From: Trichodesmium erythraeum IMS101
GTDB taxonomy: Bacteria; Cyanobacteriota; Cyanobacteriia; Cyanobacteriales; Microcoleaceae
DNA: 32,000 nt
NCBI RefSeq assembly: GCF_000014265.1
Contig: NC_008312.1
Location: 5,820,001 to 5,852,000 of the forward strand
Reading direction: 5' to 3'
Part shown: one piece after another, positions 1 to 8,484 of the stretch
Numbering within the stretch: the first letter of the stretch is position 1
Layout of the letters: the number at the start of each line of letters is the position of its first letter
The notes under the pieces: generated by a model
What the model saw: only the letters and a program-made list of their open reading frames with translations
Databases searched by the model: none
Told to the model about the DNA's origin: nothing
Translations under genes and position numbers: made by a program

Positions 1-312
1 CTCATACTACTAATTGTCCTTTTTTTGATTCTAGTAATAATTTTTCTGCTAACCATTTTTCAAAAAGTAAATAATTACAAGAAACCTCAAATGTTAATGG
101 AGTAAATAATTTTTCCTGATACAAACCACTTATAGTACTTAAATAAAGAATTCTTTTTCCTGGCTTGAAATGATAATATCTTTATTGATCGGTTTATATA
201 TTTTTAACTATAATCTTCTTCCTTTGTCAATTCCAGGATTTCATCTACCCCTCTTGCTCCCCTAATTTGTCTATCAAAGTAATTGGGACGAAAGCTCTGC
301 CTTGACGAAATG

Positions 313-447
313 TTTTTGGAGGGTTACTCACTTTCATAACCTTACAAAAACAACTTATGGATTCTAAATTCTGAGTTATAAATTCTGAGTTCTGACTTAT
401 TTTTAGAGGGTTGCTCACTCCCATATCATTACAAAAACAACTTCTAG
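313..447. repeat. Two diverged direct copies (313-360 and 400-447, period 87 bp) of a ~48-bp unit (tttttRgagggttRctcac...acaaaaacaactt). Short aattctgagtt repeats lie between them.
   Basis: Read directly. The copies align with roughly three quarters identity. aattctgagtt occurs twice between them (about 367-377 and 381-391). Confidence 0.7.
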
Positions 448-850
448 CTTCTTGAGTTTTGATGATAGCATTGTCTTTTGTTTTCTGCGAGCTTAGCTTA
501 GGTTTTACATATTAAGAGGATAGTATATCAAATGGAGGTAAGAGGTGGGAATTATTACCACTTCCTAAGAGTATCCCACTTATGGGTCAGGTTTTAAAAC
601 CATTTTATTATTCAAAATTAACAAAAATTATTGTAAGCATTAAGATTTTTGGTACCTTGAGTATGTATAAATAAGTAAGGTTTGATTAACAACATAATTA
701 TATTAGGCAACTAATTTTGGCTGTGAAACCAATCCTGGTTTATTTTAAAATGTCAAGACTAATGTTAATATTGAAATATTTATTAAGCAAAATGTTAAAA
801 ATTGTAAAGAGTGTTAAGATTAGCTTAGAATAATAAACTAATTTAGAAAA

Positions 851-1168
851 ATGCTAAACCCTAAATTACCAGAGCCAGACTTACTTAAAACCTTACTGCA
901 GCCTTTATTAGATGATTTTAGGTATTGGTTTGAATGTTCCCGCGAGTTATTGGAGAGAGAAAAAATTCCTTTTCTAAGTAGCAGTGAACACTTAGACTTA
1001 CTTAATAGGGTAAAGCAAGCTCAACAGGAAGTTAATACAGTACAAGCTCTTTTTCAAGCAACTGGAGGTCAAGTTGGGGTAGAAACTACAATGCTTATGC
1101 CTTGGCATAAGCTACTAACCGAATGTTGGCAAGTTGCGATGAGGTTTCGCAAAGAGCAATCTAGATAA
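851..1168 (+). CDS. Small conserved hypothetical protein (105 aa), soluble, helical and charged
   Basis: Clean ATG ORF with normal, not low-complexity, amino-acid composition in an otherwise ORF-free region. I could not assign a family from memory with certainty. Confidence 0.6.
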   Translation: MLNPKLPEPDLLKTLLQPLLDDFRYWFECSRELLEREKIPFLSSSEHLDLLNRVKQAQQEVNTVQALFQATGGQVGVETTMLMPWHKLLTECWQVAMRFRKEQSR

Positions 1169-1579
1169 AATGTAAAATTATAATTAAATTTAGTCCAAGC
1201 CTAGAAACTGGAATGATGATCGCAATTCTATATGATATTGCGAGCTTTACCAGACGAGGATAACAGCAATAATTTAAAAATATGATGCCATAAAGATTGA
1301 AAGTGGATAGCTTTGAGAAGGTTAGATGTTAAATTGAATATTTTGAATCATTCTGAACCAAGAAGTATGTTGATGTTACTTTTTAACAGGAAATAGCTTT
1401 GAAGTTGATATTGTTAATCTATAGTAATGACACTGTTTCTTATGAAAAGAATGATGAAATATCTACATAAGACAACTTCTGCTAATAAAATTTATCTAAA
1501 GTCAAACTAATAAAATCATAAAAGCTGTTTTATTTAAAAAAAAATTACTGAGTAGCTATTTAGCTTTGAGGAAAACACT

Positions 1580-1897
1580 ATGTTACATCTGCTTTATATT
1601 TTAGCCTTCACTACTATTGCTGTTTTGGCTGTTCGTAATTTAATCAGTAGTCTATTAACAGTGGGACTTGAGTCTCAATCTTTGTCCTCGAAACGAGGGT
1701 GGTCTACTCCTGAGCCTTCTTCTCAGTCTAGTAGAACTCCACATCCAGAACTATTAGATGAATCTGGGAATTTTATTGATGAACCTTTGTTAGTAATGCG
1801 CTCTGTTAATGTACAAGAAGCTCGTGAAAAGTTGGATGCCATTTATAATTCCCAGCTTGGTTCCAGTGGTGAAACCCAAGATGAAAAGAGAAAGTGA
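1580..1897 (+). CDS. Small membrane protein (105 aa) with one N-terminal TM helix; conserved cyanobacterial hypothetical
   Basis: ATG ORF. The N-terminus MLHLLYILAFTTIAVLAVRNLISSLL is a hydrophobic helix, followed by a Ser/Pro-rich linker and a charged tail. My recollection is that this N-terminus resembles a DUF-type cyanobacterial family, but that is unverified. Confidence 0.55.
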   Translation: MLHLLYILAFTTIAVLAVRNLISSLLTVGLESQSLSSKRGWSTPEPSSQSSRTPHPELLDESGNFIDEPLLVMRSVNVQEAREKLDAIYNSQLGSSGETQDEKRK

Positions 1898-2489
1898 TTA
1901 GCATAAAATTAATAAAATGTCAAATTCTTGCTATTAGTTTGTTGCAAAAACTGATTACTAGGGAATATTTAAAAGGCTCTCAATATAATCTTTGATGTGG
2001 GACTTATTGGCTAAAAAAATAGCTAAAGCGCTATTTATAATAAGCCTTTGATGGTTAATGATCAAGGAGATTAAAATTCAACCCATGAAAGATTCTTATT
2101 TCCTTAGTCGTAAAATTCTACTACCTCGTTGTTGGATAGAAAGTATATTCCACAAAGTAATGAATGAACATCAAAGCTGTGAAACTGCTATAAACGGGGT
2201 CAAAGCTTTAACTACTAGATAAGTGAGGCCCCTAGCAGAGGCTGACAAGTGGATTAATAGGAAGGTAATTAAACTCTTGTAATTTATAATTCATTCCCAA
2301 GATAGCTGGGTCATGTAGGTTAAAACACAGAGGGTTAATGGATAATAATATATTATTATTAGAGCTATAATCAATAATTATGCTAAACTCTCCGGGAGAG
2401 TTTATCCCACGCTCATTAGTTATAACAAAGGAGGAAGGGAATGAGGAAACTTCTATTTGACTCCTAAGCATTATAGGTAAAGAACAAAG

Positions 2490-3200
2490 GTGTGTAATTC
2501 TTGGTCAGTCTACCTATAGAGGCATAGATTTTAGGCAGAGTATGATTGGGTAAAAAGCCATCGCGGAGATATGACCACTCTTAGATGTAGTGTAACCTAA
2601 CTATTAGCGATGAAAAAGGCTAGAAATTTTGAGAGAAGACTGAGTAACTCATAGTCCCTTTGAAGTGTGGTATGAGATACAAAGGGTTTGCTGAAATAAA
2701 TCAGTGTCAATCTAAATCTCAAGTGGAAGGATGTAGATTTTTAACAGGCCCTTGAATAATGTATTTAAGTTGTAAAAGTTAATTTACAAATTATCCAGAG
2801 GTGGTGAAGTTCACTTCGGGGTGTAAATACTAAAGACTAATGACTGGACTTATTGGAGTAACACAACCAAGAAATATCTAGTCGTAAGGAAAGAAGTTAC
2901 AATGAGCTTTGAAACGGTAAAAGAATAAATTTGTATCTTGTGGACTAAAATTTAGGTCAACGGTATAAATTGAATTTAACTACATCCTTCCCTGGTCTAA
3001 AGGCGGTAACAGCACATAAAAAAACAAATAATTGTTACATTAACATTGCCACGAGTCCAAAACTGTCAATGACTTAAAAGTAGTTAAAGATGTACCTTTT
3101 AATTGGGACGTATGGGAGAGGATCTCAGAAGGAGATGAAAATCTCACGTCCGGTTATGAATACGAGTCTGGTAGGGTAACTTACCTGACGAAGGTTTAAC
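2490..3200 (+). ncRNA. Candidate structured non-coding RNA or decayed ORF-less group II intron-like element (tentative)
   Basis: No ORF is listed on the + strand. G+C is near the coding level (24/60 in 2501-2560) versus 11/60 in a typical spacer (12961-13020). It starts with gtgtg. A GAAA-capped hairpin gagat-gaaa-atctc (3132-3145) is followed by ac-gtccggtt. A second hairpin is GUAA-capped (3166-3189). There is a 12-bp long-range complement, 2725-2736 with 2980-2991. Confidence 0.2.
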
Positions 3201-3461
3201 TGACTGAGAGATTAATGGTAGTTCAATAATTATGGTTTTCTATGGAATTTTCCGCAAACGATGCCATAATTATTGACAAATAAGCAAAAGTTATAAAATT
3301 ACTAACTAACCCTAAGTAAATTTCAGTCTACCTGTATTTGGGATTCAGTCTGAAAAAGTGTGTAATTAATTTTGTGTATCTGCTTATTAATAGTGAGAAT
3401 GTAAAATCAACCATATATATTTTTTGTTATTCAGTGCAATAGTTGAAAAATCAATCGCCAG

Positions 3462-5531
3462 ATGACCATTCCTAAATCCGTATTGGCAGAACTGGTGCTA
3501 GAGGTTCCGCAGATAAAACCACAAATTTACTTTAAGTCATCCCTGACTGCTCTCTCTCATGCAATGGAAGACCAGGTTTTAGCAAGCTCCGATCAACCTC
3601 TGGTAATAGCGACCTTCCAGAAAGAAAGTTTTTATCGTCAGGAGGCTCACCGTTATCGACGAATAGGAAACCTAACATCCCAAGTATATGTACTAGCTGC
3701 ACCAGAAACGGAGTTTAAACATTCTTCTGAGTATCACGAAACGGTGGCTTTTAATAGTAAAGATGCTTTAAGTAGAGAATGGAATTTATTGGTGCTTGGT
3801 CAAGGATATTCAAGTTGTTTGATTTCTAATGAGTGTGATAATTCTGGCCTAGCTAAGAAAATATCTCAGTTCAATGGAATTGATCAAATACGTAGGTTTG
3901 AAGGTATCTGGACTTTTGAGCGTCAGGTATGTCTCGAATCTGCAATTTTATTACTGACTCGAATTCTTAACTATAGACCAGAGTTAAAGGAAAAAGTTCA
4001 AAGAGCTACAGAAGTTTATGGTATCAATTTGGATTTAAGGAAGGGAAAAAAATCTGTTAAGAGTAAGTCTAGCTATAGTTGTACTAATTTTCAGAAAGCC
4101 TCAGAAGTAATCGAAAATAATAACTTTAATTATCCTTTTGCCCAACGTTTAGTGACTTATTTGCAAGCAAGTCAGTATAAGTTGATTAAAGCTTATCGCT
4201 CAATTGCGGCTCAGGAAAAAAAACAACGCTTGATTAATATTATTTCTTCTGCTATTAGGCGATCGCTAGATCCTGATGAGATTATCAAAGTGGCAGTGGA
4301 AGAGCTGGGAAAAGCACTTTTAGCCAGCCGCTGTTTGATCTACCAGTGTAGGCCTACGGATAAAATAGCAATTATTACTTACGAGTATTTGGGCCGATCA
4401 GTAAAATCTTTGCTGAATCAGGTATGGCCTTTAAAGGATAATTATTTGTTTGAGGAAGCTATTCAAACTCAAGGGCGAGTTTATATAGAAGATACAAGCT
4501 TGCTACCTGAGTCTTTAGTGCCACAAACATCAGAAACTGCTAAATCTGAGGGTAAAAATTATCTAGAAAACTTAATATCTCAATGGGAGATTTCGAGTTG
4601 GTTGATGATACCCCTACTGTACCAAGGACGAGTATTAGGTATGGTGGAACTACATAATTGTGGATCATGTGACCATAACTGGTCTGAAGAACAAATAGAT
4701 TTAGTAGAAGCAATCGCTACTCAGTTAAGTATGACTTTAATTCATACAGAAACTTATGCTCATCTAGAAGAATTAAATCAACAATTAGAGGCTCTTGACC
4801 GGACTCGCAGTAATTTAATTGCTATTACTGGCCATGAGCTACGAACTCCTCTGTCAACTATCCAAGTTTGCCTGGAAAGTTTGAGTCAAGAACCAGATAT
4901 GCCTGAAGAGTTACGTCAGGTAATGCTAGAAACTGCATTGGGAGATGCAAATAGAATGCGAAATCTTATACAAGATTTCTTAACATTGTCTCACTTAGAA
5001 AGTGGTAGAGCTCAATGGAATATAGAATATCTACCTCTACTAGAATGTGTTGATTTAGCTTTAAGTAGTGTTCGTGGTCACAACTTAGAGAAGGAGTTAC
5101 CGAATATTACTACCCAGGTATCGGCAGAACTACCTTTGGTATTGGCCGATGGAGAATGGCTAGTAGAAGTTTTGTCAAAACTATTGGACAATGCTTGTAA
5201 GTTTACTCAGGCTGCAGGAAGAGTAATAATTACAGCTACTTCCAATAGTGAAAATATGTTGGAGGTGACGATTTCTGATACTGGCCGTGGGATTGAAACT
5301 GATAGGTTAGAGGCTGTATTTGATCGTTTCTATCAAGAGGAAGGTGCTTTACGTCGTAGTGTTGGTGGTACTGGTTTGGGTTTAGCTATTTGTCGTCAGA
5401 TTATTAGTCGTTTAGGAGGAAAAATTTGGGCTGAGTCGGCGGGTAAAGATCAGGGCAGTCAGTTTCATTTTACTATTCCAATTGTTGATCATACTCAGAA
5501 GCAAAAAGAAAGACAAAAGGAACTTAATTAA
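3462..5531 (+). CDS. Sensor histidine kinase: N-terminal DICT-like domain, GAF domain, HisKA and HATPase_c
   Basis: H-box ITGHELRTPLSTI, N-box LLDNACKFT, G1 DTGRGI and G2 GGTGLGLAICRQI. A GAF-like core (WLMIPLLYQGRVLGMVELH) lies upstream. The N-terminal LVIATFQKESFYRQEAHRYRRIG segment resembles DICT domains. Confidence 0.9.
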   Translation: MTIPKSVLAELVLEVPQIKPQIYFKSSLTALSHAMEDQVLASSDQPLVIATFQKESFYRQEAHRYRRIGNLTSQVYVLAAPETEFKHSSEYHETVAFNSKDALSREWNLLVLGQGYSSCLISNECDNSGLAKKISQFNGIDQIRRFEGIWTFERQVCLESAILLLTRILNYRPELKEKVQRATEVYGINLDLRKGKKSVKSKSSYSCTNFQKASEVIENNNFNYPFAQRLVTYLQASQYKLIKAYRSIAAQEKKQRLINIISSAIRRSLDPDEIIKVAVEELGKALLASRCLIYQCRPTDKIAIITYEYLGRSVKSLLNQVWPLKDNYLFEEAIQTQGRVYIEDTSLLPESLVPQTSETAKSEGKNYLENLISQWEISSWLMIPLLYQGRVLGMVELHNCGSCDHNWSEEQIDLVEAIATQLSMTLIHTETYAHLEELNQQLEALDRTRSNLIAITGHELRTPLSTIQVCLESLSQEPDMPEELRQVMLETALGDANRMRNLIQDFLTLSHLESGRAQWNIEYLPLLECVDLALSSVRGHNLEKELPNITTQVSAELPLVLADGEWLVEVLSKLLDNACKFTQAAGRVIITATSNSENMLEVTISDTGRGIETDRLEAVFDRFYQEEGALRRSVGGTGLGLAICRQIISRLGGKIWAESAGKDQGSQFHFTIPIVDHTQKQKERQKELN

Positions 5532-5983
5532 GTTGACATAGCAGTCAAATTAAAGAGAATTGAATAGTTAAATAAAAATTTACTATACCTCTTTAAAATT
5601 ACAGGTCTATAGGAATATTGTCTGAGTATGAGTAATGAGCGAAAGTATGAGAATGATTAGCCTGAGCTTCCTGATAATTTTTTTTGCCTGGGTCTTAGAT
5701 AAGTTACAGACTGCAGTCAGTTGTATATTCCTGAAACACGGAAGCTAGCTCCAAAACTTATGCAATTACGCTTATGTAAGTTTAGGTAGGTTTAGTAGAA
5801 CAGCTTATTACTAAATGCTGAAATTCAGTCATAGATTATTTGTGATTTCTGAGTTCTGACTTGTGCCTCAGGGTGTTGTGTGGCCATACTTTCAATCATC
5901 CTTTTGTAACAGAACCTTACAATTGTTTTAACTTGAGTAATCCTGGTGATAGGATTCAATCAAAAGGTTCATATAAGAAATCT

Positions 5984-6412
5984 ATGGCAGACGAACTAAT
6001 AGGCAAACCTCCAATTTTTGGTGGCAGCACTGGTGGCTTGCTCACCAAGGCGGAAGTTGAAGAAAAGTACGCTATTACCTGGACTAGCTCTAAAGAACAG
6101 GTTTTTGAAATGCCTACAGGCGGGGCAGCTATTATGAATCAAGGTGAAAACCTACTCTATTTAGCCCGCAAAGAGCAATGCTTGGCCCTCGGTACTCAAT
6201 TACGGACTAAATTTAAGCCCAAAATTGATAACTTCAAAATCTATCGGGTTTTCCCCGATGGTTCTAATGAATATCTACATCCGAAAGATGGTGTCTTTCC
6301 TGAGAAGGTTAATGAAGGCCGTCCCTATGCAGGAAAGATTAATCGTAATATTGGAAGTAATCCAGAACCTGCTACCCTTAAGTTTTCTGGTAAAAACCCC
6401 TATGACGAATAG
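5984..6412 (+). CDS. psaD: Photosystem I reaction centre subunit II (PsaD), 142 aa
   Basis: [20 protein letters not shown]...[17 protein letters not shown]...NPYDE is unmistakably PsaD. I start at ATG 5984 rather than the upstream TTG-extended ORF (5861), because the 41-residue extension is not PsaD-like. Confidence 0.95.
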   Translation: MADELIGKPPIFGGSTGGLLTKAEVEEKYAITWTSSKEQVFEMPTGGAAIMNQGENLLYLARKEQCLALGTQLRTKFKPKIDNFKIYRVFPDGSNEYLHPKDGVFPEKVNEGRPYAGKINRNIGSNPEPATLKFSGKNPYDE

Positions 6413-6513
6413 GCTCGGATCTATCATTTAGGTATGGAATAGAATTAGCCCTAAATAATATAGGCATTTAAGGCTATAAATATTCTTTGCATTTTTATTT
6501 CTTTATTATTAAT

Positions 6514-6559
6514 ACCTCGGCTTTTAGATATTTTATGTAAAGCTGAGGTTTTAATTTTT
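6514..6559 (+). terminator. Rho-independent terminator candidate downstream of psaD
   Basis: An 11-bp stem, acctcggcttt (6514-6524) with aaagctgaggt (6539-6549), contains one G-U pair. It is followed by tttaattttt. Confidence 0.5.
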
Positions 6560-6804
6560 CTGGGTTTTCTGTTTATTTAAGAGAGATTTAAAGTGACAAA
6601 AACTTATGGTTAAGCTGATGGTAGTGTAGTTGCTATGGAAAAGTCTTTATCTGTAAATGCTTTCAGTTTTTTTCTTTAACATATTATTTGTTAAAAAGCA
6701 ATATTAATTGGTATTCTAATATAGCGAGACTATGACAAATCCCAACATTAAAATAAAATAGTTATAATTTTTTAATCTAATACCAATTTCAAAATTTTTG
6801 AAAT

Positions 6805-8340
6805 ATGATTTTTCCAGACTTCTCTGAATTTTCCCGACTAGCAAAACAAGGTAACTTTGTCCCTGTCTACCAAGAATGGATAGCAGACCTTGATACTCCT
6901 GTTTCTTCTTGGTATCGGGTGTGTAAGGATCAACCCTACAGTTTTTTACTAGAATCAGTTGAAGGTGGGGAAAAAATCGGACGTTATAGTTTTCTAGGTT
7001 GTGATCCATTGTGGATCTTAGAAGCTAGGGGCGATCATACTACCCAAACTTATCGGGATGGCAAAGTTAAAACTTTTGAGGGGAATCCCTTTGATGTTCT
7101 AAATAACTGTCTCCAAGACTATAAACCTGTAAAGTTACCTCAATTGCCTTCTGGTATTGGGGGGTTATTTGGTTTCTGGGGTTATGAGTTAATTCGGTGG
7201 ATCGAACCTCGTGTTGGGGTTTATCCTGCTACTGAAAATGATTTGCCTGATGGTTTGTGGATGCAGGTGGATAATTTGTTGGTTTTTGACCAGGTAAAGC
7301 GGAAGATTTTGGCGATCGCTTACGCGGATATACGTTCTCCAGAGGCAAACTTAGAATTAGCTTATCAACAAACTTGCGATCGCGTTTCTGAGTTAGTAGA
7401 TAAATTACGATCTCCCCTATCACGACAAAATACTTTACTAGAATGGCAACCGCCTGAAGGAAAAGACAAAGAATTTACAGATATACATACCAGCAACACA
7501 CCCCGTGCAAAATTTTGTGCTAATGTGGAAAAAGCGAAAGAATACATCAAAGCAGGAGATATTTTTCAGGTAGTTATTTCCCAACAACTTTCTACCGAAT
7601 ATACAGGAGAACCTTTTGCTTTGTATCGTTCCCTGCGACTAATAAACCCTTCCCCATATATGGCTTATTTTAATTTTGGTAATTGGCAAGTTATTGGTTC
7701 AAGTCCAGAAGTTATGGTGAAAGCGGAAAAAACCCCTGATGGCAAACGCCTTGCAACTGTTAGACCTATTGCTGGTACTCGTCGTCGTGGTAAAACTTAC
7801 GCAGAAGATAATGCTTTAGCTGAGGAGTTGTTGCAAGATCCGAAGGAAAGAGCAGAACATATTATGTTAGTTGATCTAGGTCGGAATGATTTGGGGCGGG
7901 TTTGTCAAGTGGGAACAGTAAAGGTTGATCAGTTAATGGTAATTGAACGTTATTCTCATGTGATGCATATTGTGAGTAATGTAGTGGGAGAATTGGCAGA
8001 TGATCGAACTGCTTGGGATTTATTGAAAGCTTGTTTTCCTGCGGGAACTGTGAGTGGTGCGCCGAAAATTCGAGCGATGGAAATAATTAATGAATTGGAA
8101 CCTTGTCGGCGGGGTGTTTATTCTGGAGTTTATGGCTATTATGATTTTGAGGGTCAGTTGAATAGTGCTATTACTATTAGAACTATGGTTGTGAGGCCGA
8201 AAAATAATGGAACGCACACTGTAACTGTGCAAGCGGGAGCTGGTTTAGTTGCAGATTCTGTAGCGGAAACAGAGTACGAAGAAACTATTAATAAAGCTAG
8301 AGGTTTGTTAGAGGCAATTAGGTGTTTGAATAGTAATTAA
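6805..8340 (+). CDS. trpE: Anthranilate synthase component I
   Basis: The N-terminal LLESVEGGEKIGRYSF (LLES feedback motif) and the C-terminal chorismate-binding motifs GAPKIRAMEII and RGVYSGVYGY are present. psaD-trpE adjacency is a known cyanobacterial arrangement. Confidence 0.95.
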   Translation: MIFPDFSEFSRLAKQGNFVPVYQEWIADLDTPVSSWYRVCKDQPYSFLLESVEGGEKIGRYSFLGCDPLWILEARGDHTTQTYRDGKVKTFEGNPFDVLNNCLQDYKPVKLPQLPSGIGGLFGFWGYELIRWIEPRVGVYPATENDLPDGLWMQVDNLLVFDQVKRKILAIAYADIRSPEANLELAYQQTCDRVSELVDKLRSPLSRQNTLLEWQPPEGKDKEFTDIHTSNTPRAKFCANVEKAKEYIKAGDIFQVVISQQLSTEYTGEPFALYRSLRLINPSPYMAYFNFGNWQVIGSSPEVMVKAEKTPDGKRLATVRPIAGTRRRGKTYAEDNALAEELLQDPKERAEHIMLVDLGRNDLGRVCQVGTVKVDQLMVIERYSHVMHIVSNVVGELADDRTAWDLLKACFPAGTVSGAPKIRAMEIINELEPCRRGVYSGVYGYYDFEGQLNSAITIRTMVVRPKNNGTHTVTVQAGAGLVADSVAETEYEETINKARGLLEAIRCLNSN

Positions 8341-8374
8341 ATAATTAGTTTTTGTTGATAAAGTTGGTAAGATT

Positions 8375-8480
8375 AAATTTATTGATATTTTTCCTAAACT
8401 GTAATTTTTGGAATTATCAAAAGAATTAAATTTAGTGATATTTTTCCTAAACTGTAATTTTTTGAATTATCAAAAGAAAT
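8375..8480. repeat. Tandem duplication of a 53-bp unit (8375-8427 and 8428-8480) ending 4 bp before the Rieske oxygenase start codon
   Basis: Read directly: aaatttaKtgatatttttcctaaactgtaatttttKgaattatcaaaagaaWt. There are 3 mismatches in 53. Confidence 0.9.
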
Positions 8481-8484
8481 AAAA

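Noticed and set aside
1-181. Stop-free minus-strand frame (181 down to 2, stop at 2-4) at the left window edge
   Set aside because: It is closed by a stop at 182-184, so it does not continue from outside the window. It has no ATG or GTG start, only a possible TTG giving about 41 aa, and a lysine/leucine AT-driven composition.
2232-2471. 79-aa minus-strand ORF in the long spacer
   Set aside because: It has a low-complexity, Asn/Ile/Ser-rich AT-driven composition with no recognisable motif or partner gene. It looks like a chance ORF in AT-rich DNA.
2490-3200. Calling the block a bona fide group II intron
   Set aside because: The canonical domain V 5' strand (with the AGC triad) is absent. I found no clear bulged-A domain VI, no intron-encoded protein and no exon reading frames on either side. 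I kept it only as a low-confidence candidate.
3224-3275. Perfect 12-bp inverted repeat caataattatgg / ccataattattg with a 28-nt loop
   Set aside because: It is AT-rich, and a match of this length within 100 nt is expected about once per window by chance. No U-tract or other context is present.
2490-3367. Short direct repeats gtgtgtaatt (2490 and 3358) and tcagtctacct (2505 and 3323) as possible element boundaries or target-site duplications
   Set aside because: Exact 10-11-mer matches are expected many times by chance in 32 kb of AT-rich DNA. Their order is also permuted, not that of a target-site duplication.
5861-5983. N-terminal extension of the psaD ORF (TTG start at 5861 in the ORF track)
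   Set aside because: The 41 extra residues ([15 protein letters not shown]...) are not PsaD-like and overlap a dispersed repeat. PsaD homology begins at ATG 5984.
6225-6431. 68-aa + strand ORF overlapping psaD in another frame
   Set aside because: It lies almost entirely within the confidently identified psaD gene, so it is an alternative-frame shadow ORF.
6786-6804. 19-bp AT-only palindrome atttcaaaa-t-ttttgaaat abutting the trpE start codon
   Set aside because: It could be an operator or a translation-masking hairpin. However, an AT-only palindrome of this size is about what chance predicts in this composition.
6716-8232. Minus-strand ORFs 6716-7009, 7229-7423, 7365-7550 and 8020-8232
   Set aside because: They are antisense shadow ORFs inside or overlapping trpE, with odd composition and no motifs.
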